DNA of 64,000 nt, from NCBI GenBank assembly GCA_051530055.1, contig CM121342.1, positions 12,539,480 to 12,603,479 of the forward strand, in the 5' to 3' direction. Under the pieces are notes generated by a model. That model saw nothing but the letters and a program-made list of their open reading frames with translations. It made no database searches and had not been told where the DNA came from. The stretch comes from Neoechinorhynchus agilis. Lineage: Eukaryota; Animalia; Acanthocephala. Of this stretch, positions 38,455 through 50,321 are shown in pieces. The position numbers and the translations under genes are program-made. The stretch's first letter is position 1. Each line of letters opens with the position of its first letter.

Positions 38455-39675
38455 GTGAAAAATGGAGTAAATGTACGTGCGTGTTTAACAGATATTTTGC
38501 GAAATGAAATATGCTCTCACAAAAACATTTAAACCTTTTTTAGAGCTCTGGTTGAAGCATCTGAGATGGAAATTTGTTTAGTTGCTTTCTAAATTATACA
38601 AAATTCTTAAGAAAAAACATTAATTGTTTTTAGAATTGGAAATGAATCCCCCGATGTTTTCTCTGAGAAACACTTTTCTTGTTGGTTGATCATGAATCCT
38701 AATATTTTCAGATTACTACGGTAAATTCGATGAAATCATTGATCACTTTGGATGACATGCTGAAGCTGGGTTCCTTCGGTTCTTTGGAATCGTGGCTGCT
38801 TAAAAGCGTCAATTCATAGAAGGAAAATCAGTGATGGGGAAAGGGATCATCCGATAAACGTAGTAAGTTCAGGTCATGCCAAGTCGCGTGAAAATCTCAT
38901 TTCGAGTTCAGTCAAAGCGTTCAATCAACTTTCGGACTGGGTTAAGAAGATACTCGAACATGACGCTCATGTAAAACCGCTTAACCGAACAGTACAATTA
39001 GTGCTCGAAGCAAACGGGAAGCTTTCGTCAATTGTTCAAACGATGGAATGTTTGCAAGAAAAAGACGACAATAACGCTATGGAAGCGAAAAAGATTTGTC
39101 ACGATATTCTCGATTTGTGTGCGGAGGTGAGATCTCATTGTACCGATGTCGTTAGTGACTGAATGCATTGAAATTATCTGCTTTTTCGAAAGACCAATCG
39201 TGTGTTATGGTCAACACGGGCTCGATGCATAAACACCACAGTTATGCGAGTATTCTGTTTTTGAGCTGAGCGACATTTTTGTAATTTTAATCAATCCGGT
39301 TCCGATCGCAGTGGAACATTCTGATCAATCACGAATCTTTTGTTGATGCAATTAAGAATCTAATTGAAAGCCGTCTTTAATATTTCGTAGAGTTGTAGAT
39401 GATTTGAAAACGCAGAAACGCTCAAATGAATTTGTACTTCACCAAGAACTCTACAGGAATCCTGATCTTATAAGGTGCTCTTGCAGTTTTCGACAGTATT
39501 ATTCGTAAAGTGAGGCGGTAGGGAAATTTATACCGGTTACCAACACAGCAGCCGACCTTTAAGAAAATTTGTTTAGACTTTCTCGTTAAGGAAACAAAGA
39601 ATCCGCCGTTTGACAATAAATGACCCGTTTCGGAGTTTCTTGTAACCCAGTTTTCCATCAGCGACGAAGCTCTCA

Positions 39676-41543
39676 ATGGACGACATTTCGTTGATCGATA
39701 CCGGTCGGAAATTGGTTCTCGTTGGAATTAAACTTCTTAGATACTCGAAAAAGCATCAGTTTCGGTGTCTTCTTGAAAACACGTTTCTAACCCGATGCGA
39801 GGATAGTCTTAATCGCGTCCTTTTGAGCGTGCTCACAAAATATGACATATTTCGTATGAACGATTGGGAACTAAGTGTTTGTTGTTTGATTATAATGTGG
39901 GCAAATGACGTACTTCCACCAAACATCGCCCATTCGATACGTCGATGCCGTCAGCATTTTATTGGACTAAGATCATCGTGTTCCAAAAATAAAATTATCG
40001 AACTAAACACGGGGGAATTCTACGACGCAGCCGTTTTTTATGAAGAAAAGGATAACTTAGTTAATATTTAAAACGTTGAAGCTATCTCTGTTCAATGAGA
40101 CCGCTTCAACGCCATACATTGATTCGAATCAACCTCGATTGCAACTATCGTATATTAAATCAATTGCCTTTAATCACCTGTCGCTCAAAGAAAAAGAGCC
40201 TGATTTTAAACTTGTAAAAGTTTTGAGTGTCTCGAAATTGCTCGAAATGCACTGTGAACCGATAGTTTTTGATCATGTACAACACCACCTCGATCTGAAT
40301 GAAGTGAAATGCTTTTCACTCGTTCTCGGGTGCCGTAATTGTCATGCTGGAGTTCACGGTGATTGCCAAGCTAGATTTACGTTCAACGAAAAGATATGCA
40401 ATCATATTCAGAAAAACGGTTTAAGTATTGGAACATTAATGAACGCTGGCCTTATATTTGGACGGGCATCTCAGGACAAATTAGACACTCGAGAAATTCT
40501 AAATGAGATTTTGAGCTCCAGATATCAGTTTCGATTAAATACGCCAAAAGAAAACTATGACTCATTGAACTCTTTCGAACGTTCGTTCTACCGAGTTTTA
40601 GAAAAGAAGATCCATCGAAACGTTAGCAATGGGTTCATCAGTGATGATCTACGTGTTCGTTCCGACTATTGCGATCCCACTCCAATTCCAAATGGAAAAA
40701 TTTGTGAGCTTGTTCGTTGGGAAATCGATTTTGCACTTAACGAAAACGACATACGAACAGCCGCTCGACTCATGATGCACGAAAATGTACTAATAAGTCG
40801 ACATTCAAGAATTAGGCTACAGGAATCGCTTAGAAATGCTCAAAACGTCCATAGGCTTTCTGATCATATAATGTTTCGATACTTTGAAGTAATTCCTTGT
40901 CTTAGTTGCTTTGAGTTAAATCCCTTTGGCTTAATGCATCGAACGGTATTTTTCACCAAGTCCGAAAGTGAAAAATCCCGTCCGATGGCTTGTAGAAAAA
41001 GTGCTCGTTGAAATCGACAATATCCTTTTTCCCGAGATGCAGGCAATAAATCTTAGTCTTCAAAGCGAATACTCGAATACAGTACTACGGCCAATGTCTT
41101 GTCCAGACACGATAGACTGTGCAGTTGAACGTCTTTTTGATACATTTTTTTATTCCGATCAGCCAAAACTGCTTCAAGCACTTTCTATGATCTTCAGACT
41201 TCATAAATTCCCTTCGAAATTTACACAGCTCATGGAATCGTATTGCCTCAAAATAATAATCGAATCTGATATAAAGGAGTGTCTGTCTTGTTTGAACCAA
41301 GCTATGAACAACGAGTATTATTGTGGAGTCAGTTTTCACGATGAAATTCTGTATTGGTTCAATTTAGAGGATAATTCGTTTATTGTTGATGATGTAAGCC
41401 TCTTAAGACAAGTGTCGATTGATTGCTTACAACAGGCGATCGAAGATGCTGATCATCTTAATCTTATAAATGATTGCGTCATTGCTATAAAAGGTAATCT
41501 AAGCATTCTGATTGATTTCGTCAAAGGACAAATTAAGGAATAA
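39676..41543 (+). CDS. Unidentified protein in three near-contiguous ORFs (39676-40071, 40076-41011, 40968-41543); an upstream exon at ~38880-39126 may belong to it
   Basis: Long open frames with normal composition; frame changes coincide with short hairpins. No family recognised. Confidence 0.55.
40933..40990 (+). other. Candidate non-canonical stem-closed intron in the unidentified gene
   Basis: AATG + 18/20 bp stem (40937-40956 vs 40968-40987) + GCT. Removing 58 nt (or 61 nt to the next TA) joins the two ORFs in frame. Confidence 0.65.
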
Positions 41544-41681
41544 AATCTTAGAGAACGAGCAGAAAAGTGAGGTGGGTGTTAAGGGAACATAGAATCGAAA
41601 TTCGTGAGGTTGGTAAGAATTTTTAAAATTTATAAAAAGCGACACCAATAAGTCAATAATGATTAAATGTCTTAATTGCGG

Positions 41682-42137
41682 TTATTTGTGTGCCAATATA
41701 CGGTTATCTTTCTGGTCTTTTTGATCAATAATCATTCCTGTGATCATCCGCGCTTTCTTTTCCGCCAACATATTTCTCACCAGTGCATAATTTTCACTTT
41801 TAAAAGCATCAGTAACTTTGAATTCATCTTCGGTTCCTTCGAAATAAGCTTTTATTTCGAATGCAAGTGTCACGCGTTCGCGAGACTTTTCGTTCTTCCT
41901 TCGGCATCCAGCGAAACACGCTACGGTCAAAAAAGGAGCTGTAAAGAGCGTAACATAGGTGGACATTCGCGGTCGACTGGTGTAAAGTAAAGTACCCAGA
42001 CCAACTGCAATTCCAAGACCATTACCGTAGACTATCGATTGATATAGGCACGGAATTCGAGATATTGGATGTGTTTGATAGATGAATTTTAACTGTTCCA
42101 ATACCGTTGTTTCTGAACTTTGATCACCCGTCGTCAT
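41682..42137 (-). CDS. COX20: Cytochrome c oxidase assembly protein COX20 (FAM36A), intronless
   Basis: IPCLYQSIVYG...GLG..LYTSR, two TM segments, C-R and EGT motifs follow the COX20 pattern. Confidence 0.7.
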   Translation of the reverse strand: MTTGDQSSETTVLEQLKFIYQTHPISRIPCLYQSIVYGNGLGIAVGLGTLLYTSRPRMSTYVTLFTAPFLTVACFAGCRRKNEKSRERVTLAFEIKAYFEGTEDEFKVTDAFKSENYALVRNMLAEKKARMITGMIIDQKDQKDNRILAHK

Positions 42138-42766
42138 CTATAAGCGAGTTGAGGCTTTGAAATGATTTTGCGATTATCGCAGTTATAATTTTAGCGTTCT
42201 CCCTTATTTCCGGGATGGAACGTTTCGTAATTAACAATTGTATCGATCTCAACTGATGGCTTTCTATCAATATTTTCTTTTAGCCGTCAGAAAGAAAAAA
42301 ATTGATTGCTATCTCATATACTGTCATGTAAAGAAATACAAACAAGCATTTCATGGCTTGGCCTACTCATCCTTGAAACTATAAAAATACCTAAAACCTA
42401 TTTGAAATTTGGTAATCCACCATAGATAGTCCATTCTAATGCCAGGATAATAAGATCTGCAACAACTCCAATTCAATGCCAGAAAATGCGACAACTTGGA
42501 AACATTAAAAAATCGTCCAGTGGAATAATGCCTTTTATTTGAGATTCCTTTAGAGCATAAAATGTTGCTAAGACGTGTAACGATCAGTAAAAAATCTTAA
42601 CCGATTAAATAAAATTTCAGAAATTGAAAACTCCAAAGAAGAATAAGAGTACGTTGTATTGAAATCAATGTTTGCAAAGTGTAAATACGACAAAGTCTGC
42701 TTCGCTTTTTTAAGAGAAATATATTTATAAACATATCGTGGGTTCGGAGAATTGAACGTATTCTCT

Positions 42767-43820
42767 TCAGAATGAAGTATCGAGTCCAATTTCTTCAATT
42801 GGTGCATTTTTCATAACATCCTTAGCCCTCATGTCGCTCGCAATAACATTGCACGTCTTCAATTTGTCCAGAATTTCATCACTAACGGCGCTCCTGTCTG
42901 TCAATTTCGCCACTGCATCATCATAAATCGCGAACAACTCTCTAATGCATTCCCTGGCAGAGGTCAGATAGTCTTCATCGTTTCCCATGAGCACTTTTGT
43001 TGTCAAGAACTCTTCGTATTCTGTGTTAGATATTGCAACCGAAGATCCGCTCAATTCTCGAATTCCTCGAGTAATAGCAGCTACAGTGAGCATATGAGGA
43101 GAATATACGAAAATGGCATCGGTAAAATACATGGCATGAAGAAATTGGTCCGCTAAAACTCGGAGATTCGCAATGTCCTCTGGGCTATTTCTCAAGAACT
43201 CTGCTCTCAAATCGATTAGCCATGCTTCTACGAGAGTGCTCGCATGGTAAACATGGAGATCGTAATCAATCATTTCAATCACGCTCGTTTCATATCCCGT
43301 AATGAGATCTTCTATTGTTGATTCGGTGCCATTTAGTGTGTAAAGACCTGGAACTTTACGGACTCGGTGTCGTCTGAGTACCCGCTGGACCCCGAATCAG
43401 GCTGGTAACATCTTCTTTTCCAAACAGCATTCGAGCTGCATTTGCCAGAACGTCCACAGTAAGCCCGCTTTCTTCAGTTTTAGCTGCAAGGAAAATACAT
43501 CCGAGCATAACACCCAGCGGACTATACATCAACACTGATTGATGAAGGAAAAACCGCTTATAATAATGCATACTCGTCTCTACCACATCCGAAGTTATCT
43601 CCATTTCTTTACACAAGAAAACCAATCTTTCAAAGAAATAGTCAGCAATCAGAGTACATTCGTCTTCGCTCAAAATGCATAGTCCGTTTGCACCAGTATT
43701 ATTGGTTAACTTAAGAGTCGCTATTGCTTCTCGGTGCACTTGTGATCGCAATTTGTTCACACCGCTCATCTCCTCAAAACTCCAATTCCAAAGATGAGAA
43801 GATTCCGAGAAATTTATCAT
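42767..43820 (-). CDS. CCNH: Cyclin H-like; two exons
   Basis: SSHLWNWSF, TSMHYYKRFFL..SV..YSP..VMLGCIFLAAKTEE, YE...I..IDYDLHVYH, LIDLR, TDAIFVYSP..L.VAA. Confidence 0.8.
43316..43406 (-). other. Candidate non-canonical stem-closed intron (cyclin H), ~91 nt
   Basis: TGATTCGG/CCGAATCA stem plus internal hairpins and a 3-nt 3' tail. The join gives GKEDV-IEDLITGYE. A short GT-AG alternative exists. Confidence 0.45.
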
Positions 43821-43859
43821 ATCTGAAGCTATTTTATTTACAAGATATCGTAAAAGGAG

Positions 43860-45270
43860 GAGCAGTGAACTCCGCCAGGGACGATCCCAAGTCCGGCTGA
43901 GAAAGGAGGAGGGTTGGTGTCAGGAAGGGCATCTGACTGTAAAAAACCTTGCCACATCAAATTACATTCATGTCTAGTATTCATTTTTTCATTTTAGAAG
44001 CACTATAGTTAGGGCGTCCCCAGTAAACGACGCGCATTCTCAACGCCCGGAGTTTGTGATAAATCCGCCAGTGTAACCGAGTTGCCGACGAACTCGGCTA
44101 AAGAAGCTAGTCGATATAAAAATGCGAATAGCCAGTCTGATCGAGGGTTCGATGACAGGAAGAAGTCGAGAGATAGTGGATATGATGTGGAGGAGAATGA
44201 TCCAAATATTAGGAGTACAGTAAACTCGATGGAAGGTGGCAAAAGCAAGGGAATTGGGTGATGGATTTAAATTGTTCCACAATGGAGGAAACAATGGCAG
44301 TGGTGGTGTTGGGGTGATTCTGAGTGGTGATCTGGTAGATAAATTGGTGTCAGTGGACAGAAGGAGCGATAGAGTGATGTCGGTAAGGATCAACTGGACG
44401 GGCGCCGTAATAACCATCGTTTCCGGCTACGCGCCGCAAGTGGGTTGTCGTGATGAAGAAAAGTCAAATTTCTGGGAATATCTATCCGAGGCAATGCCCA
44501 CAGTTGAAGGTCGATGAGTGGTATTGGGGGATTTCAACGGGCATGTTTAATCCAGAGTGAGCTATGAACGAATTCACGGAGGCAATAGCTTAGGAGCAAG
44601 GAATGCCCGGGCAAAGGCTCACGAGCTCCATGGGAAATGGTTTCCACAGACGATTTAGTACTCACGGCCGAAAAAGTAAGCCTATTAGAAAAGGATCTGG
44701 AAAGGTGGAGACGTGGACTCGTAAATAAAGGTCTGAGAGTCAGCAGAACTAAGACGTGCTATATGGGGTCAGAGAATTTATTCATGCATGGAGTCAAGGT
44801 TGAAAAAAGGGCAAACGTGAAATTCTTTGCCGCCGGAAATCACCTTACGAATCATGCAGGCGTGGGTGAATTGGAGGAAAGCCTCGGGCATCCTATGTGA
44901 CCCAGAAAGTTGCAGCGAACCTCAAGGGACGGGTCTATGAGGCGGTTGTTAGACAGAGACCTGGGCCACGAAACAAGAGCATTTCAATAGGCTGTCTTTA
45001 AATGAGACGAGGACGCTGCGGGGTGCAGCAGGAATCACAAGGATAAAGTCAGAAACTAGGAGATCAGAAAGCTATTCCGTGTGGTACCCATCCGAGAGGT
45101 TATCGCCTGGAAAAGGCTACACTCGGAAGAGCGTCTGTCTACGGTAGATGGGGATGGCTAGCTGAGGAAGATCGAAAAGTTCAGATTGAGGGACAAAGGG
45201 GAAGAGGACGGCCGAAGAAAAGGTGGAAAGACTGCCTGAAAGATGATGCGAAGGTGCTGCGACCTCTCGT
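43860..45270 (+). mobile_element. Internally deleted, degenerate RTE-clade LINE
   Basis: APE motifs (GVGVIL...DRVMSVRI...IVSGYAPQVG...VLGDFNGHV) are joined directly to late RT (TDDLVL...GLRVSRTKT), followed by RGRPKKRWKDCLKDD. An RTE-type 5' leader motif is present. Confidence 0.85.
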
Positions 45271-45438
45271 GGAGAGCAAAGCAGTAAGACGTGCGTGTGT
45301 AATAGAAGGAGCAGTTGATAAAACCGGACTCACTTTACGAAGCAATTCATTTTTAAGATTGACATAAAAAAAGAGAAAAGTTGAGTCCTTTTTGTGTTCT
45401 CAAAAAATATTCCTGTGAGACTGCGAAGTAAATGCAAA

Positions 45439-48400
45439 AATAAAAAGATGATCAATCGATTAAATTCAATAAAACGGGATTTTTTTAAATCTTTTGATTC
45501 CACCTCGTACAGAAGGTATTCAAAGACTTATTAAGGAATAAAGATGATTTATCGATTAAATTGAATTAAGCGGGATTTTTTAAAATCTTTTGATTCCATC
45601 TCATACAGAAGAAATTCAAAGAGTTATTATGGAATAAAGACGATTTATCGATTAAATAGAATTAAACGGGAATTTTTTTTAATCTTTTGATTATCTCTCG
45701 TACAAAAAGAATTCAAGGAATTATTATGGAATAAAGACGATTTATCGATTTAATTAAATTAAACGGGATTTTTTTAAATTCTTTGATTCCATCTCGTACA
45801 GAAGGAATTCAAAGACTTATTATGGAATAAGGATGATTTATCGATTAAATTGAATTAAACGGGATTTTTTCAAATCTTTTGATCCCATCTCGTACAGAAG
45901 GAATTCAAAGACTTATTATGGAATAAAGATGATTTATCGATTAAATTGAATTAAACTCTAATTTTTTTAAATCTTTTGATTCCATCTCGTACAGAAGGAA
46001 TTCAAAGACTTATTATGGAATAAAGATGATTTATCGATTAAATTGAATTAAACGGGATTTTTTTAAATCTTTTGATTCCATCTCGTACAGAAGGAATTCA
46101 AAGACTTATTATGGAATAAAGACGATTTGTCGATTAAATTGTATTAAACGGGATTTTTTAAATCTTTTAATCCTATCTTGTACAGAAGGAATTCAAAGGC
46201 TTATTATCAAATAAGGATGATTTATCGATTAAATTGAATTAAACGGGATTTTTTTAATCTTTTGATTCCATCTCGTACAGAAGGATTTCAAAGACTTATT
46301 ATGGAATAAAGATGATTTATCGATTAAATTGAATTTAACGCGAATTTTTTAAATCTTTTAATTCCATCTCGTACTTAAGGAATTCAAAGACATTATGGAA
46401 TAAGGCTGATTTATCGATTAAATTGGATTAAACGGGATTTTTTTAAATCTTTTGATTCCGTCTCATACAGATCGAATTCAAAGACTTATTATGGAATAAA
46501 GTCGATTTATCGATTAAGTTTAATTAAACGGGATTTTTTTAAAATCTTTTGATTCCTTCTCGTGCAGAAGGAATTCAAAGACTTATTATGGAATAAAGAT
46601 GATTTATCGATTAAATTGAATTAAACGGGATTTTTTTAAATCTTTTGATTCCATCTCGTACAGAAGGAATTCAAAGACTTATTATGGAATAAAGATGATT
46701 TATCGATTAAATTGAATTAAACGGGATTTTTTAATCTTTTGATCCCATCTGTACAGAAGGAATTCAAAGACTTATTATGGAATAAAGATGATTTATCGAT
46801 TAAATTGAATTAAACGGAATTTTTTTAAATCTTTTGATTCCATCTCGTACAGAAGGAATTCAAAGACTTATTATGGAATAAAGACGATTTATCGATTAAA
46901 TTGAATTAAACGGGATTTTTTTAAATCTTTTAATCCCATCTCGTACAGAAGGAATTCAAAGGCTTATTATGAAATAAGGATGATTTATCGATTAAATTGA
47001 ATTAAACGGGATTTTTTAATCTTTTGATTCCATCTCGTACAGAAGGAATTCAAAGACTTATTATGGAATAAAGATGATTTATCGATTAAATTGAATTAAA
47101 CGGGATTTTTTTAAATCTTTTGATTCCATCTCGTACAGAAGGAATTCAAAGACTTATTATGGAATAAAGATGATTTATCGATTAAATTGAATTAAACGGG
47201 ATTTTTTTAAATCTTTTGATTCCATCTCGTACAGAAGGAATTCAAAGACTTATTATGGAATAAAGATGATTTATCGATTAAATTGAATTAAACGGGATTT
47301 TTTTAAATCTTTTGATTCCATCTCGTACAGAAGGAATTCAAAGACTTATTATGGAATAAAGATGATTTATCGATTAAATTGAATTAAACGGGATTTTTTT
47401 AAATCTTTTGATTCCATCTCGTACAGAAGGAATTCAAAGACTTATTATGGAATAAAGATGATTTATCGATTAAATTGAATTAAACGGGATTTTTTTTAAA
47501 TCTTTTGATTCCATCTCGTACAGAAGGAATTCAAAGACTTATTATGGAATAAAGATGATTTATCGATTTAATCAAATTAAACGGGATTATTTCAAATCTT
47601 TCGATTCCATCTCGTACAGGAGGAATTCAAAGACTTATTATGGAATAAAGATGATTTATCGATTAAATCAAATTAAACGGGATTATTTCAAATCTTTTCA
47701 TTCCATCTCGTACAGAAGGAATTCAAAGACTTATTATGGAATAAAGATGATTTATCGATTAAATAAAATTAAACGGGATTTTTTTAAATCTTTTGATTCC
47801 ATCTCGTACAGAAGGAATTCAATGACTTATTATGGAATAAGGATGATTTATCCATTAAATTGAATTAAACGGGAATTTTTTTAAATCTTTTGATTCCATC
47901 TCGTGCAGAAGGAATTCAAAGGCTGATTATCAAATAAGGATGATTTATCGATTAAATTGAATTAAACGGGATTTTTTCAAATCTTTTGGTCCCATCTCGT
48001 ACAGAAGGAATTCAAAGACTTATTATGGAATAAAGACGATTTGTCGATTAAATTGTATTAAACCGGATTTTTTTCAAATCTTTTAATCCTATCTTGTACC
48101 GAAGGAATTCAAAGGCTCATTATCAAATAAGGATGATTTATCTCCTTCTGTACGAGATGGAATCAAAAGATTTAAAAAAATTCCCGTTTAATTTTATTTA
48201 ATCGATAAATCATCTTTATTCCTTAATAAGTCTTTGAATACCTCCTGTACGAGGTGGAATCAAAAGATTTAAAAAAATCCCGTTTAATTAGATTTAGTCG
48301 ATAAATCATCCATATTCCATAATAAGTTTTTGAATTCCTTCTGTACGAGATGGAATCAAATGACTTATTATGGAATAAAGGTGATTTATCGATTAAATAG

Positions 48401-50048
48401 AATTAAACGGGAATTTTTTTAAATCGTTTGATTCCATCTCGTACAAAAGGGATTCAAGGACTTATTATTAAATAAAGACGATTTATCGGTTTAATTAAAT
48501 TAAACGGGATTTTTTTAAATTCTTTGATCCCATCTGGTTCAGAAGGAATTCAAAGACTTATTATGGAATAAAGACGATTTATCGATTAAATTAAATTAAA
48601 CGGGATTTTTTTAAATTCTTTGATCCCATCTGGTTCAGAAGGAATTCAAAGACTTATTATGGAATAAAGATGATTTATCGATTAAATTGAATTAAACGGG
48701 ATTTTTTTAAATCTTTTGATTCCATCTCGTACAGAAGGAATTCTAAGACTTATTATGGAATAAAGATGATTTATCGATTAAATAGAATTAAACGGGAATT
48801 TTTTTAAATCGTTTGATTCCATCTCGTACAAAAGGGATTCAAGGACTTATTATGGAATAAAGACGATTTATCGGTTTAATTAAATTAAACGGGATTTTTT
48901 TAAATTCTTTGATCCCATCTGGTTCAGAAGGAATTCAAAGACTTATTATGGAATAAAGACGATTTATCGATTAAATTAAATTAAACGGGATTTTTTTTAA
49001 ATTCTTTGATCCCATCTGGTTCAGAAGGAATTCAAAGACTTATTATGGAATAAAGATGATTTATCGATTAAATTGAATTAAACGGGATTTTTTTAAATCT
49101 TTTGATTCCATCTCGTACAGAAGGAATTCTAAGACTTATTATGGAATAAAGATGATTTATCGATTAAATTGGATTAAGCGGGATTTTTTAAAATCGTTTG
49201 ATTCCATCTCGTACAAAAGGGATTCAAGGACTTATTATGGAATAAAGACGATTTATCGGTTTAATTAAATTAAACGGGATTTTTTTAAAATTCTTTGATC
49301 CCATCTGGTTCAGAAGGAATTCAAAGACTTATTATGGAATAAAGACGATTTATCGATTAAATTAAATTAAACGGGATTTTTTTTTAATTCTTTGATCCCA
49401 TCTGGTTCAGAAGGAATTCAAAGACTTATTATGGAATAAAGATGATTTATCGATTAAATTGAATTAAACGGGATTTTTTTAAATCTTTTGATTCCATCTC
49501 GTACAGAAGGAATTCTAAGACTTATTATGGAATAAAGATGATTTATCGATTAAATTGGATTAAGCAGGATTTTTTAAAATCTTTTGATTCCATCTCGTAC
49601 AGAAGGAATTCAAAGACCTATTACGGAATAAAGATGATTTATCGATTAAATTGAATTAAGCGGGATTTTTTAAAATCTTTTGATTCCATCTCGTACAGAA
49701 GGAATTCAAAGACTTATTATGGTATAAAGATGATTTATCGATTAAATTGAATTAAACGGGATTTTTTTAAATCTTTTGATTCCATCTCGTACAGAAGGAA
49801 TTCAAAGAGTTATTATGCAATAAGGATGAGAAAGAATTCAAAGAATTATTATGGAATAAAGATGATTTATCGATTAAATTGAATTAAACGGGAATTTTTT
49901 AAATCTTTTGATTCCATTTCGTACAGAAGGAATTCAAAGACTTATTATGGAATAAAGACGATTTATCGATTAAATTAAATCAAACGGGATTTTTTTAATT
50001 CTTTGATCCCATCTGGTTCAGAAGGAATTCAAAGACTTATTCTGGAAT
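45439..50048. repeat. 96-bp AT-rich tandem satellite, ~48 copies, with an internal inversion (48143-48360) and a 4-mer higher-order repeat
   Basis: Period 96 measured from 47041 to 47137. Unit AAAGACTTATTATGGAATAAAGATGATTTATCGATTAAATTGAATTAAACGGGATTTTTTTAAATCTTTTGATTCCATCTCGTACAGAAGGAATTC. Confidence 0.97.
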
Positions 50049-50321
50049 GCTAGGTCCTTCGCCGCCCGGAACAAGTAAAACTATGTTACTCCCATTGAGA
50101 AGTATCTCATCGAGATGTGTTTTCCTTCTGCCATCGTCCGTCTCTTCGTACTCGTCAACGTCTTCAAGGACCATATTTGTAAAATCATCAAATCCAAGAA
50201 GGGTTCCTACGAGTTCACGATGACAGCGCATCAATATATGAATCCGAGAACCGATGCATTTGTCCAGAAGTTCCATTGGAAAAATGTTCCCCGCAGTGCA
50301 TTTAGAAGGCTCTGATGACAT
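50037..50321 (-). CDS. LSM5: U6 snRNA-associated Sm-like protein LSm5, intronless
   Basis: [18 protein letters not shown]...[23 protein letters not shown]....G...[22 protein letters not shown]. Confidence 0.95.
   Translation of the reverse strand: MSSEPSKCTAGNIFPMELLDKCIGSRIHILMRCHRELVGTLLGFDDFTNMVLEDVDEYEETDDGRRKTHLDEILLNGSNIVLLVPGGEGPSIPE

Noticed and set aside
42200-42760. Possible small membrane-protein gene between cyclin H and COX20
   Set aside because: Short hydrophobic frames exist, but no exon chain or family could be established.
4913-43406. U12-type AT-AC introns as the explanation for A-starting introns
   Set aside because: No ATATCCTT 5' consensus, no TCCTTAAC branch point, and the 3' ends are not AC.
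45439-50048. CRISPR-like regular repeat array
   Set aside because: Units are contiguous with no unique spacers, there are no cas genes, and the context is eukaryotic.
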